In this document: positions 11,166 through 22,953 of the stretch, in pieces
Numbering within the stretch: position 1 is the stretch's first letter
Layout: each line of letters opens with the position of its first letter
NCBI GenBank assembly: GCA_034226945.1
Contig: CP120454.1
Coordinates: 868,001-932,000 of the forward strand
Source: Picochlorum sp. SENEW3
Lineage: Eukaryota
Direction of reading: 5' to 3'
DNA length: 64,000 nucleotides
Program-made: the position numbers and the translations under genes
The notes under the pieces: generated by a model
The model's input: only the letters and a program-made list of their open reading frames with translations
Databases searched by the model: none
What the model was told of the DNA's origin: nothing

Positions 11166-13260
11166 TTACATGCTGTAAAAATCTTCTGGCTTTTTCTTCT
11201 TCCATCTGTCAGGCCCTCTCAACAAGATGACAATCAGAGTGATGAGCATCACAGCTAAGAAACAGTAGATGTAAATATTTTCAGTGTAAATGTACTTGAT
11301 CCCTTCAATATTTGTCAGCTGCACACAAGGAAAAAGTCGTGTCAAACATCTGTTCTTGCGAATGATTCACGCATGCAATCAACAACCCACCGTATTGCCA
11401 TAAATCTGGAGAATTGCTGTATTGCTGGCATACAAGGCAAACGCTGTGGCTGCGAACTGGATCGTGGCAGTTGTTGCGAGCAGAATAAGTGCAACATTAA
11501 ATAAGAATGAACTCATCACTGTGGCGCCTTTGCGGATTGGATGCACTCTAAAGAGTAAGAAATTTAGACCAAACTTGAAATTTCCCTTGATGACAGTTCC
11601 TTGGAGGTAAAACACAAAAATACCAAAGAGAATCGTGCCAAACAAAGGAAAGACGTTATTTGCGCTGCAGTCATACAATATAGAGGCACGTTAGAGACCA
11701 TATGGATGTTGCTATCAAGGAAAAACGTTCATAATACGCACTCAATAAATGCAGTGTTCAGCAATGGTGTCACTGGAGGATCAATCAGAATATACAGGAT
11801 AATCTGTAAGACCCATGTAATGGAAACCATAAGAGCAAGAATTCCAAACACCAATTTCAGCCAATATAACATGACCGTGATCGTCCAAGAATATGCAGGA
11901 TCTTCTCCCTGGGGAAAAACCCGCTCCAGCTGTGCCTGGTCCTCTTCCAATACTGTGACTTGACTCTGCAATGCGGCGTAGTTCTTTCGCCATTTTCTGG
12001 ATCTCCCAGATTCTTTCTTTTGTCTCTTCATACCATCTGCCACGTATTGAATATCACGGGCTCTCCTGGCCAGATCTTTTGCCCTCTCGACATACTGCTT
12101 CTTTGTGATTGTGGTTCTTGGCCTGCTAATAAATTGCCTGATCCAATCCATTGGTAACACAATCATACCTATTGCCCCGAAAATCAGTAATAAAACCCAT
12201 CCAATCGTTGCTACAATAGCCATGGTATAGATAATCAGCGTCACACGGACTTTAATAGTGCTTGTCCTCGCTCCGGATGCCTCACACTGCAGCGTAGAGC
12301 AACACATCAACATTCGCATGCAACAGTATCATATGCACATTAAAATCAACATACCGCGTTTGCTCCAAGATCTACAATATCTTGGGCAGGGATGCATGAG
12401 GATAGCTGCTCAATCTGAGGGCTCTTCAACACATCAACAGGCAAGACACCAGATATTGCATTTTGCACAGTGTACTGGGCATACCCTGCTAACACGTAAG
12501 GTATTCCAATGACAACGACGACAATCACAACAACCCCAAGAGTCCATAATATGGAGCTCAGTATCTTCTTTCCAGGATTCCTGCAATGCCAACATAGACT
12601 TGGTCGTGACTCTGTCTCATCGACATACAGAGAAAACAATGACAACACATACCAATCGGAATCGCCTTCGTAATAGAAGAATGCAAACGGTACCAGAACA
12701 AAAACGGTGACAATATTAGCTATATACACCACCTGCCACAATATATCCATGGGAAACGTGGTGCTGCAATCCACTAGCGGTAGATTCAGGTCACACACTT
12801 GTGAATTGGTCACATCCAGAGGGAACATGAGCACGGTGTATATAGCTATTGTCATACCAAACAGAACCACCAGCTTTGGGAACCATGCCTGATTCTTGTC
12901 CTCTGGATGCTGGTAAATCACGATCAAGTAGAGGGAAAAAATGATTGTCAGCACTCCCACCACAGCAACAACAATGATCATGAACCAGTTCAATGACCCT
13001 CCGTCGTCCACTGCTCCTGGCTCAAAATCAGGTACTGGAGCTTGTGCTACAAATCCACTCACAGCATCAGTGACCAGCGACCCTAAATCCAACGGGGCGG
13101 GGGCTTCTGCCACTGCCGCGACGTCGGGTGGAGGAGCATAGACGTCAGTCCCCGCATATGGATCCGCCACGGGCACTGTAGCAACATATGGGTCAGGTAT
13201 ATTTACTTCCGGGACAATTGCAGCATTAGGAACAGGGGCTACAACCCCTAGGTCTGCCAT
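11166..13260 (-). CDS. LMBR1/LIMR-family multi-pass membrane protein, about 5 exons
   Basis: YQHPEDKNQAWFPK, LMFPLDV, PFAFFYYEGD, LPMDWIRQFISRP, GNFKFG..F..HP....T.MSSFLFNV; last exon ends ...PEDFYSM* with stop at 11166-11168. Confidence 0.85.
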
Positions 13261-13512
13261 TCTGTTGAACGAGTCTCAACTGGCAACGCGTCTTCTTTCA
13301 CAAAGACTTTTATACGGCAGCCGTGTCACCATACAAGAATAACAAATTAAAAGTGTAATTCTTTACCATAGACTGAGATGCGGGCGTGGCTTTTCGGCAT
13401 TCCCCCGTGTCCAAGATCATCGCCATGGGATGGAGGCAAGCATCCATGAGAATGGGTTCTGTATTCCAACCATACATGGTCGATAGTATAATCCCGAGAA
13501 TCAGAACACATG

Positions 13513-14688
13513 TTACAAGGAAAGAGATACAAGGGAAACATTCACAAGGGATCCATTTTCAGAGTGCTGATAGGACACAGTCATGGTGTTTCCATCATCA
13601 CAGATGACTCCGGCATACATGTGAATTGACACGGTAGACTCGGACGATGTATGACACGAGAAAGCTGTCCAACAGTTCTTTGGTAAACCAACAATATCAG
13701 GCAGGTCGCCCACAGCAGGTTGCCAATCATCAGCAATGCTCTCAATCCTGCCGTCGGCATACTGTATTCCAGTCGCCCCCTTGACACTGCCTAGAGCAGT
13801 AATCACAGAGTCGGAAGACAGTGCATCCGATTTTGCAAACGGATCCATACCACCTCCACAACCTGCCAACTCTCTGCGGCCAGTATATGGTCCATCCCTC
13901 TTTTCCACGTACACCTCCACCCCTTGGACCCTCCATTCCCTCTCTGGACCCATCCTTTTCAAAAGATGGACCATTCGAATTCGCTCTCCCTGCCCAATCG
14001 TGAGTATATGCTCGGCCTTACAATCGAATGATTTTTCATCTGCTATGGCGTCTCCTGGACTACGGGTAGCAAGGCCGCGCTCTTCAAAGACACAATTCTT
14101 GCAATCAAATCCAAAGTCACGCCTGGCTTCCTCTGTGAACGCAATCGCATCCGCCTCACACCCAACAGTCGGCATGAGTTTTCTTGTAACGCACGAAACC
14201 CCTTCTTCATCACATGTCATACTGCACTGGCATTGCCAATCGTACAGCTGGACATCCCAATCTCTGTACGCCTGCGGCACATAGTATTCTGGGAGTTCCC
14301 GAGCACAGCCTTCTGGGTCAAAGGTGACGCTCACGCCATCCCATTCCCCTGACACCTGTTCAGCAAACGTCTCCCACGAAAGTGATTGAGCGTCACAATC
14401 ATCAGCCGCCACCGCATGGCATGCGAGACCAGTATGATGGGACCTTGATGTTCCTCTTCTTTTAGTACTGCTGCTTGTGGTAGTAGTTGTAGTAGAGCTA
14501 CTACCATTGCGACGAGCACTGGAAAGGCAGGTGCTATCCATCCTCAGGCAAGGACAATGTCGCATTCTCTCATTTCCCAAGGATCTACGGCATTCAGATG
14601 AATGAATGGGCCCACATTGTGCCAAGGCGGTGGGTCGTACCACAGGAACACGTGGTCCCAGGACTGATGATTGGAGTATCCCTGCCAT
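13513..14688 (-). CDS. Conserved hypothetical plastid-targeted protein
   Basis: Long intronless ORF; Ser/Thr/Arg-rich transit peptide from MAGILQ followed by a globular region (VSGEWDG..VTF, AYRDWDVQLYDWQ, PTVGCEADA). Confidence 0.7.
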   Translation of the reverse strand: MAGILQSSVLGPRVPVVRPTALAQCGPIHSSECRRSLGNERMRHCPCLRMDSTCLSSARRNGSSSTTTTTTSSSTKRRGTSRSHHTGLACHAVAADDCDAQSLSWETFAEQVSGEWDGVSVTFDPEGCARELPEYYVPQAYRDWDVQLYDWQCQCSMTCDEEGVSCVTRKLMPTVGCEADAIAFTEEARRDFGFDCKNCVFEERGLATRSPGDAIADEKSFDCKAEHILTIGQGERIRMVHLLKRMGPEREWRVQGVEVYVEKRDGPYTGRRELAGCGGGMDPFAKSDALSSDSVITALGSVKGATGIQYADGRIESIADDWQPAVGDLPDIVGLPKNCWTAFSCHTSSESTVSIHMYAGVICDDGNTMTVSYQHSENGSLVNVSLVSLSL

Positions 14689-14907
14689 CCGTTCACACCG
14701 ATTGCTCCTCCATTTGAAATGTATTGGTAAAATACCTTGTATGGTATGGTACAAAGTGCAGTATCAAGACAAGAGGTACCATGATATCAATTGGCCTTAT
14801 TTACGGAAGTTCAGTATGAGTTTCGGCGTCATCTGGATAATAAGACAATCCTATTGATCAATGCACGATGCAGCCCCAATAATGAAAGATTAAAAATTAC
14901 TTGTGAG

Positions 14908-15483
14908 ATGAATCGTATACGTGGCATCCAATCGCATTGTCAGTCCATCGCAAGGGATGCGAACATGGCATCCAGTGGCCAACGACAATGTCACGCCCGA
15001 AAGGCAGTACCCAATGATATGCTTCCCATTCCATCTTCATATCATCGACGAGATATTATAGCTCTGATGTCGACACTTGTGGTCATTCAGGGCAGATCTG
15101 TTGCTCTAGCAGCTGAGACTGAGAACAGAGTGACTCTGCCCAAAGATTTCGTCGAGACGGCATACGATTTGATAGATGCATTGCGGGACTCAATTGATCT
15201 AGATATTTCAGGTGCACCAGAGAGAGAGGTTCGTCGGAAAGCAGAGCCAGCAAAGGATTTAGTGAAGAGATTTATCAATAATTATAGTGATGCCCCAGTC
15301 ATATCACTGGAGCCTTCGTGTAGAGAGATACGACTCGCCGTTCAAGAGTTGGGTGAATTCTATAGAGCAAAAGGACAGAGGCAGCGAATGGACGCGAATA
15401 CATCTGCCTCAATACTTGGGCATTTGGAGGAGGCTGAAAAATCTCTTCCTGAGAGGCCAGAAAAGAGCATATTCCCATTTTAA
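14908..15483 (+). CDS. PSB27: Psb27-family thylakoid lumen protein (Psb27-H2/LPA19-like)
   Basis: Twin-arginine lumen signal (HRRDIIALMSTLVV...ALA) then a four-helix pattern LPKDFVETAYDLIDALRDSI...LGEFYRAKGQR...ILGHLEEAEKSL. Confidence 0.75.
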   Translation: MNRIRGIQSHCQSIARDANMASSGQRQCHARKAVPNDMLPIPSSYHRRDIIALMSTLVVIQGRSVALAAETENRVTLPKDFVETAYDLIDALRDSIDLDISGAPEREVRRKAEPAKDLVKRFINNYSDAPVISLEPSCREIRLAVQELGEFYRAKGQRQRMDANTSASILGHLEEAEKSLPERPEKSIFPF

Positions 15484-15555
15484 CTCTCGCGCACAAGATT
15501 GTGTAGCAACCGATACGTATCATATATCTAATAATAATAATAATAACATGATGAG

Positions 15556-16443
15556 TCATAGGCGACCTCTATTTCGGACATCTGATGCCAATCGAGCATC
15601 GCGTTCCTTCTCATAGGCTTTGACATCTGCTGCCGCAAGAAAGTCCTTCTTCTCCAGGTATGTTCCTCCAGACTTTTTATGCACCTCGAGCTCTTCAAGC
15701 ACTTTTTCATCTTTATCTTTATATTGCTTCCAATCCGACATGGATTTATCCATCACAGTCACCTTTTTGGTTGGTGCAATCTGTTCAAGGACAGCATCCA
15801 ATCCTCCCACCTTGTTCTGCTGCTTCTTTGAAGCTTCAGCCTGCTTTGAATCCTTACTTATTTGTCTTTGAACTGTTATATTCTTCCCCGCGAACCTCCG
15901 CTTCTCCTCAATCATAATCATCCCGCTCTGATTGGTCAAAACACTGCTGGCAGTTGCATCCTTCACTGCAGCCAATGCTTTTGCTGCCACTTCATCACTC
16001 ACCTTTTTCGCAGCACCACTACCCAAAGGAGCTTGATCTGCTACCGGCTTTGTACGATCTGTCAACATACCCAGCTGCCTCATCCACTCTGTCTTTGCCT
16101 GCTCCTTCTTCTTCTTCTTGTTCTTTGATGCATGCTGACACAGAGACTCGACATTCACGACAGAACCCCCTTTCGACTTTGAAGCATTCAACTTTTCCCA
16201 CGCATCATTCGCTCGAGCCTGCCGCTTCTCCATATTCTGCTTCTTCCGTACACTCTCCTGCTCTCCTTCTCCTTCACCACCCAAGTCAAAATCCCCTCCA
16301 GCCACTGCAGCCCCCCGAATCCTCTTGTTACGCAATCCTTTCTTCTTTTTATTCTCAACATTCTCAGGATCAACCTCATCTGGAACGAAATCCTGGTCTT
16401 CTTCGTCCTCGCTTGGCAGGTCTGCTGCCATAAAAGACGTCAT
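15556..16443 (-). CDS. SWC5: BCNT/CFDP1 (SWR1 complex Swc5) protein
   Basis: Acidic N-terminus SEDEEDQDFVP; BCNT-C domain GLDAVLEQI..KKVTVMDKS..DW...GGTYLEKKDFL..A...YEKERD. Confidence 0.88.
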   Translation of the reverse strand: MTSFMAADLPSEDEEDQDFVPDEVDPENVENKKKKGLRNKRIRGAAVAGGDFDLGGEGEGEQESVRKKQNMEKRQARANDAWEKLNASKSKGGSVVNVESLCQHASKNKKKKKEQAKTEWMRQLGMLTDRTKPVADQAPLGSGAAKKVSDEVAAKALAAVKDATASSVLTNQSGMIMIEEKRRFAGKNITVQRQISKDSKQAEASKKQQNKVGGLDAVLEQIAPTKKVTVMDKSMSDWKQYKDKDEKVLEELEVHKKSGGTYLEKKDFLAAADVKAYEKERDARLASDVRNRGRL

Positions 16444-16771
16444 TTGTACCCTTCTTGTACCACTCTCGAATATGATATTATTTAAAGGATATTATTTTAT
16501 TATTTTTTCTCATTCATGCGGCCATTCATAACCATTGGTTGCTCCAAAGTTGAGACTCGTGCTCCCATGGACATACCTCCTTATGCCTATCGGTCGAAGG
16601 ATGGCCTTGATGGGAGATGTTAGACCATTATCTCGGAGCATCGAGTCTGTATGCTGTTTGGCAGGCGGCATGTAGTTGTCTGTGTATTTGATTGATTCAT
16701 AGTAGTAGTAGTAGCTGAAGAATTGATATAAACATTCATTTGTCCATTCTGTGTCTCCAAGAAGAAGAAGA

Positions 16772-17906
16772 ATGGTGCAGCGATGCTCTGTCGGATTTCA
16801 GTTGTTGCGTCCAACACCTACAATATGTCGTAGTGGCGTTCGATGCGGATATAGAAATGCACAGGGGATTGTTAGGTATCAATCGAGATTGTCTCGGATG
16901 GGGCAGAGGAAGACGAGGTCGTCCGTGAATCACGGTGCGTTGCTGTGGCGTCGTTCGATAGCATTGTATCGCCGATACCATGCATGTGATGATCTTTTGT
17001 AATACCTTTTGTTGTCTTGAATGACCTGCAGACGGGACAGATGGTCGACCGAGTGCTGGAGCGTTATTGCTGTCTAGCTCGCTTGTGACCCACATACTAG
17101 CCAATCCCCTCGTTGCTCAGGCAGCCACGGAAAGTGTCCCAGAAGGAACATTCGATTTGATTCTAAAGACGACTGAAGCTTTAGGGCCTCTTGGAGGTGT
17201 ATTTTTTGTTAGTGCTGTGGTCATGTGCGAGTGCATTCCACTGTTTCCAACCACGCCTTTGAGTCTGGCCTCGGGCATTTTGTTTGGTGCACAAAAAGGG
17301 GCCATTTTTGTGTTGGGAGGAACAACATTGGCGTCAGTGATTGCTTTTACGGTTGCTCGAGGATTTGGAAGACCCTTAGCGGAGAAGATCATTTCTGCAG
17401 AAATGTCCCAAGATGAGATGGAGGAGGGAGGTCTTGTCCAACAGAAACTTAAAAACATTCAGTCTGCTATTGAGCGTGGAACGTTTTGGCAGCAAGCAGG
17501 AGCTGTCTTGGCCCTCCGGTTGACACCAGTTGTTCCATTCAGTGCGTCTAATTATGTGCTTGGGCTTAGTCCATTACCTGTTGGGCCATACCTGACAGGT
17601 ACCATTGTGGGAATGAGCTTTTGGAGTGTTGTGTATGCATCTCTGGGAGGAGCGAGCCGTGCATTGTTGTCGAAAGGAGTGGATCCAGACGTACTGCTTG
17701 GTGAATTATTAGAAACAACAGGTAATGTGACGTCCAAGGCAGCAATAGCTGGTGTGCTGGGGGCTGGGATTGTTGGTGCGGTGTTTTTTGGAAAGAGTCG
17801 GCTGACACGGCATCATGATGCGCCGAATAGCTTTGGTGAAGGTGATGATCGTATGAACGAGGAGGAGAATTCGAGCCTGAATGCTCTGAATGCAGCAGAG
17901 AAATGA
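16772..17906 (+). CDS. TVP38/TMEM64 (DedA/VTT, SNARE-associated) membrane protein, probably plastid; 2 exons (intron 16935-17031)
   Basis: IPLFPTTPLSLASGILFG, LRLTPVVPFSASNYVLG; exon 1 encodes an Arg/Ser-rich transit peptide and joins in frame. Confidence 0.85.
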
Positions 17907-18078
17907 GAATGGGAATTCTTCATCAGAACAGTTGGGGATTTTTTGATTGGTCCCGATTTTGTACACTCTTTTGTTTTGTGAATGATACACCTGTACAGTC
18001 AGTAATTCATTTCAATCATGACTATTGTTATTAATAATATTACAATTATTATACTGGATGTGTAATACGATCAACATG

Positions 18079-19638
18079 TCATGGGAGTGGTATGCATACT
18101 GGGGAGAAACCAAACTGAAGGATTGAGTTTGGCGGTCCCTTGTAGCATGACAAGGATTCATTGCGGCAATATGTGACTTGCTCATTAATATTGATACCTC
18201 TTGGTATGTTCCAGGGGCGTGTGAGAGACAATATACAGCATGGGGACCCCTCGTATGTTCCACATTCAGGGTCATTTGCAACACAGGTTCCTTGGGGACT
18301 TGGATCTGTAAAATTATCATAATGGCAATACAATCCTTCATTGCACAAAAGGGACTCGTTTCCTGCTGCATGCGGAGACTTTGGATTTGCATATATGTAA
18401 TTATCTTGGTATTCATGGCAGCATCTTTTATTCTCAGAGCCACATTCCACGAGGGGTGTGCAAATACTGCTTTGGATGGGCCATCTGTCGAACGATGAGT
18501 CATCTCCAATCGGTGTATAAAATCCGGAAATGTCTGTAGGTTGATTCAGGGAAAAAAGCGAGCGACATTGCAGCAGATTACCATCTGAATCTCTCTCGCG
18601 ACAGTGCAAATCTCCATCGACTGTCTTTTCGTCAATGGTCCAAGGACAACATGGCTTGTCTAGGGTCCCACATTCAGGGTCTACAGGACCAATACACATG
18701 GATAGATTGGCATACATGTCGTCCACCCAATGGTTCCATGCAATCACAGAGCATAGATAGTTTTTTGGACATGGTTTCGAGCAATCAAGTTCCGGGAAAT
18801 CCTCTTGGGTTGCAAACATTGACTCTGGATTGTACCCATTGAACGCTGGAGTGCAAGCACCAAATGGCTGTCCACAGAGTCTGTTAAGCTCAGAGATGGA
18901 CGTGTTCCTTTCTCTTTCACACCTCAAAGAACCCAAATTGCACCCCAAGGTATCCTCACATGAATACCATTGCATGGAACTATCGTATGCTTCAAATGTT
19001 GTGGTTGTTTCTATACAGCATGGCCTTCCCAGCAAACCACAGTCTGGTTGATTCGCAACACAGGTTCCATTTATTGGAGATTGTCTGCTTGGCGAATGAA
19101 AATTGCAATAGTAGCCATCATTACATAGCGATGGGTTGCTAAATATTCCATCAGCTGTTGACCTGTTTCCCCAATAATCTCTGTGTCCCCACGGCTGACA
19201 GCATGGCTGATCTGCCGCACCACACTTTGGATTGGGCATGCAGACACCACTACCTGGTGTAAAGTACGGTCCTCCGGTTACCTGACAGGTCAAAGGCACT
19301 CCAGAAGTCTCTTCTCCATCACATGTGAACTCGGGAGCGCAGCAGCGCTGCAGATAGCCCCCACATGGGTCTGGTTGGGGTACGCAGTAGTTGCTCTCAT
19401 ACTCTGGCATGTCTACATTCAATGTGTCTGCAATGCAGAAATACCCGTCTTGGCACGGCTGATCATCAGGACACTGATTATCCTTACTGATTCCGCTACC
19501 AAATTGAGCATCATATCCAGGGTTGCAAGGCCCTCCTGGTTTGCCGCAGTCGTCGCTGTAGCAAACTACCAGAAACCCATGCAGCAAGGCAAGGCACACA
19601 AGAGTGATGAGGGCGGCACTCTTCTGAAAACTCGGCAT
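18079..19638 (-). CDS. Secreted cysteine-rich modular protein
   Basis: Signal peptide (AALITLVCLALLHGFLVVC); 8 modules beginning CG-x4/5-[PRA]C(C); intronless; start may be 19638 or 19674. Confidence 0.8.
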   Translation of the reverse strand: MPSFQKSAALITLVCLALLHGFLVVCYSDDCGKPGGPCNPGYDAQFGSGISKDNQCPDDQPCQDGYFCIADTLNVDMPEYESNYCVPQPDPCGGYLQRCCAPEFTCDGEETSGVPLTCQVTGGPYFTPGSGVCMPNPKCGAADQPCCQPWGHRDYWGNRSTADGIFSNPSLCNDGYYCNFHSPSRQSPINGTCVANQPDCGLLGRPCCIETTTTFEAYDSSMQWYSCEDTLGCNLGSLRCERERNTSISELNRLCGQPFGACTPAFNGYNPESMFATQEDFPELDCSKPCPKNYLCSVIAWNHWVDDMYANLSMCIGPVDPECGTLDKPCCPWTIDEKTVDGDLHCRERDSDGNLLQCRSLFSLNQPTDISGFYTPIGDDSSFDRWPIQSSICTPLVECGSENKRCCHEYQDNYIYANPKSPHAAGNESLLCNEGLYCHYDNFTDPSPQGTCVANDPECGTYEGSPCCILSLTRPWNIPRGININEQVTYCRNESLSCYKGPPNSILQFGFSPVCIPLP

Positions 19639-20017
19639 CTTTGACTTTATTCCAACGGTGATACGAAATAGCATAGCATTTCATCTTTTTCCGGAAGCGT
19701 CAAGGGTTTTGCACGTCAGATGATCAAGCAATGCCTTCTGCCTTGGATGGAGCAACCCAGTTGGATTCCTCGTGCAATCTCAGCTGTAACCACGAATCGA
19801 CGTGTCGTGCCACGTCATCAGATCCGCATTGCGAATGTCCGATGGACGTATATCTTGCAGAAACACACATCGCAGGCAAACGTTAATACTGAAAAGATTA
19901 CAATACGATATATTTTATCTACGTTGACGGTGTCATTTGACAGTACATTGGTGAAACCGTACCCGGACAGAGAGTTCCGACACAAGTTTTAAAGAGTCGT
20001 ACCTACCTGGAAGAAAC

Positions 20018-20551
20018 ATGCTGAAAGAGATGCTGTCCCGCAAACCAGGACGCACGATAGTCATCGCTGTAGATGAAGGCCCTGTTTCCAAGGAGGCCTT
20101 GGAATGGTCCATGGACAAGATTATCTCAAAGGAGGATACAATCAAACTCGTTACTGTTGTGGATCCAGCAGAGAGACCGACGTTTGTTACACCTGGTGGA
20201 GTACCCATTGAAGCAGACCCAAACAATTGCGCTCCAGATCCAAAGCAGCAAGAAAAGAGAAACAAGATACTGAATGATTTCAGAGACACACTTGAGAAGC
20301 AATTGAAAGGTATCAACTGCAGCACGGATTCATTGGTCTCGTGCCTTGGCAGCTCTGGTGACCAGGGCAGGCATATTTGCGAATTCGCAGCAGAGAACAA
20401 GGCAGATATGATTGTTCTAGGATCAAGAGGTATGGGAAGTTTTAGAAGATCAATCATGGGAATGTTTGGTCTTGGCAGTGTCTCAAGTTACGTGGTGAAT
20501 CATGCAACGGTTCCCAACATCATCATTCACAAACATCAGGAATGCCAGTAG
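20018..20551 (+). CDS. Universal stress protein A family
   Basis: RTIVIAVDEGPVSKEALEW and ADMIVLGSRGMG...LGSVSSYVVNHA ATP-binding motif. Confidence 0.9.
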   Translation: MLKEMLSRKPGRTIVIAVDEGPVSKEALEWSMDKIISKEDTIKLVTVVDPAERPTFVTPGGVPIEADPNNCAPDPKQQEKRNKILNDFRDTLEKQLKGINCSTDSLVSCLGSSGDQGRHICEFAAENKADMIVLGSRGMGSFRRSIMGMFGLGSVSSYVVNHATVPNIIIHKHQECQ

Positions 20552-20690
20552 TATTGTGAGCTCATATTTTGTTTCACATAAGTACATGTAAAAAACAAAG
20601 GAGTAAAACATCCATGCGGAAACGTGTATAAACAGGAAAAAAATACACTCCATCAGCGGTCGTGCGTGACAAGGAAAAACTCATGAATGC

Positions 20691-22481
20691 TCATGAGCCA
20701 AAGATTGTGTATTGTGACCATGAAACGATCACGTTTCTGAACGCTCCCACCGTTGCAATGATTCCGACGCTCAGCGTGAATACCCAAATAACTTTGAGAA
20801 GAATATCAAACTTCTTCTCCACTGGATACAGAGCTCGATAGCATGCAAATGGGAAATAGATTGCAAGTGGGAAGAACGTGATGGAGCCTGACAATCCAGA
20901 CATTGCTTCAAAGAAGGGCAAAATGCATGCCAAAAGAGTGATGAACAGAACAAACCCTGATCGCAACAAGACCCTGTAATACCACGGAAGAACATACCCC
21001 TCATTGTTAAGAGGCACCTGCTCATTGGCAAATCCAGTATCCATGCTGTACATGGAACGCAACCCAGACGGTCTCTTCTTCGCATGTCCTTCCATTTCAA
21101 CGCTGTGGACATTATGCAAGACTGTGGAAAGCTGTGGGTCCGTGATTTGGCTGGACAATGATGCTGAAATCCTTTGAGAAAGCGGGGGCAGGCGAGAGTG
21201 CTCAAACCCAAGGTTACTGCTCCACCTGTGCTCAAGTGTCTGGGTATCTGCCACCTTGCTTGAGCCAGCAGAATCGAACGGAGTCGGAATACCTCCAACA
21301 GCCTTCCTCACTTTTTGGGGCTTGACAAGCTGTTGTTGCTTCTTTTCCAGTGATGGCAACGTATCTCCTTCTTCATCTGCTTCCTCAAACGATGAGCGCT
21401 CAGACAGCTTCTCCTCCTTCTTCATCGCTCTTTGCAATAAAAAGTACTTGACCTGGGATTCAATACTGTCAAACATGGCTTGGCCAAAGACCTGGTATGC
21501 CATCAACATGTGCAACAGTACACAAAGGAAGGCAATGATCAATGCCCAACGAGGTCCAGTAAACGAGTTTAAAATGATGGAATCCACACAATTGCCCTCC
21601 GCAGCATACCCAGTCACAGCCACAAGAAAGTAGCAAAAGAAGGAGGCTGAAATGGCAATATTGCATGTTTTCTTCATCTGCTTGACAGCATTCGGAGGCT
21701 GCTTCAGCGTGTCTTCAATCTCCAACAGAATCAGTGAAAAGTTGAAAGAGAATGCAATGCTCCCCAGCGCATTCAACACGCCAAATACCTTGTCAGCAGA
21801 GGAGATGGGACATTCCATGTTCGCTGTGGTGATACCATCAATGCTGCCACCCCTATTCCCCGAATTCGCCAACGAGATGATGATGACAATCAACACATAC
21901 ACTGTACTCCCAAGAGACCCCAACAGAGAAATCCACCACGCCTCTTCCAGATTCTCCACCTGACTGATCAGCACCTCCATCCCTCCAAACACCAAGCACA
22001 TTTTCCACTGTCCTCCCGTCCCTGGACTCAAACACGCCGAATCGTTCTCAATCTCTTCCAGCGACTTTCCTTCATACGAACACGCCCATTTCGCAATCTG
22101 CATCAGCGCATCTGATCCGGTAATAGTAAAGGTAATCATCATGAGAAAGATGTTGATCAACTGAAAGATGGACACCACCAGAGCGTTCTTCCTTCCAAGC
22201 AAATGCCTCACAGCATGATGATATCGCGCATGCTCCACACCATCACTCTCATAACACGCAGACAACATGCGCGACGCCATCAACGAAATGCCAAAAAACA
22301 CCCACAAGAGAATTGGCCCGGCAATCCACCCCAACCATGACATCACCTTTGGCAATGCCAAAATCGCCGCTCCAACAATACAATTGAACACATGAAGAGA
22401 CGTTGTCGCAACTGTCCCAGTCTTATCGTTCGGAATACCATCCTTGGGGTCGGCAAGCACAGCATGTGTTGGACCACCCAT
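20691..22481 (-). CDS. Amino acid permease (AAAP/AAP family)
   Basis: KTGT...LHVFNCIVGAAILALP..MSWLGWIAG, LGSIAFSF, EIEDTLKQPP, FFPLAIYFP; about 11 hydrophobic segments. Confidence 0.9.
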   Translation of the reverse strand: MGGPTHAVLADPKDGIPNDKTGTVATTSLHVFNCIVGAAILALPKVMSWLGWIAGPILLWVFFGISLMASRMLSACYESDGVEHARYHHAVRHLLGRKNALVVSIFQLINIFLMMITFTITGSDALMQIAKWACSYEGKSLEEIENDSACLSPGTGGQWKMCLVFGGMEVLISQVENLEEAWWISLLGSLGSTVYVLIVIIISLANSGNRGGSIDGITTANMECPISSADKVFGVLNALGSIAFSFNFSLILLEIEDTLKQPPNAVKQMKKTCNIAISASFFCYFLVAVTGYAAEGNCVDSIILNSFTGPRWALIIAFLCVLLHMLMAYQVFGQAMFDSIESQVKYFLLQRAMKKEEKLSERSSFEEADEEGDTLPSLEKKQQQLVKPQKVRKAVGGIPTPFDSAGSSKVADTQTLEHRWSSNLGFEHSRLPPLSQRISASLSSQITDPQLSTVLHNVHSVEMEGHAKKRPSGLRSMYSMDTGFANEQVPLNNEGYVLPWYYRVLLRSGFVLFITLLACILPFFEAMSGLSGSITFFPLAIYFPFACYRALYPVEKKFDILLKVIWVFTLSVGIIATVGAFRNVIVSWSQYTIFGS

Positions 22482-22953
22482 GACAACGATCAATCGAAAA
22501 GTGCCAAAAGGCTTATGAGGATGAATTTATTGATTATTTATTAGATGTTAATTGTTATTGTAGGAATATCATCAAATCGCTAGCGCCGGAAATGACAAAT
22601 CCTCACCAATACCGGTCTTCAAAATTGCTGCGATATTCCACTCTACACGACACCAATCCTTTATTTTCAATCTCGCTGTACTGTCATATATATATTAATA
22701 AATTTTTAGATTGGGTGAGGTTCTGTCATTGGATCGATGCCATATCCTGCGGTGCATGCAGCCACAAGTGGTTAACCACACTCATGTACCGGTCAAAGCA
22801 TCCCTTTGATAGGGATATATCGTATATCTACGATAGCACCACCCTATCGGTCAGACCAGCTTCCCCATGGGTGTGTAGGCACCACATCGCTCCGTGCTTT
22901 TTGTACAAAGTGTCGGGATTTTGGAAACCCTCCACGTGCATATTTCTTTTGGA

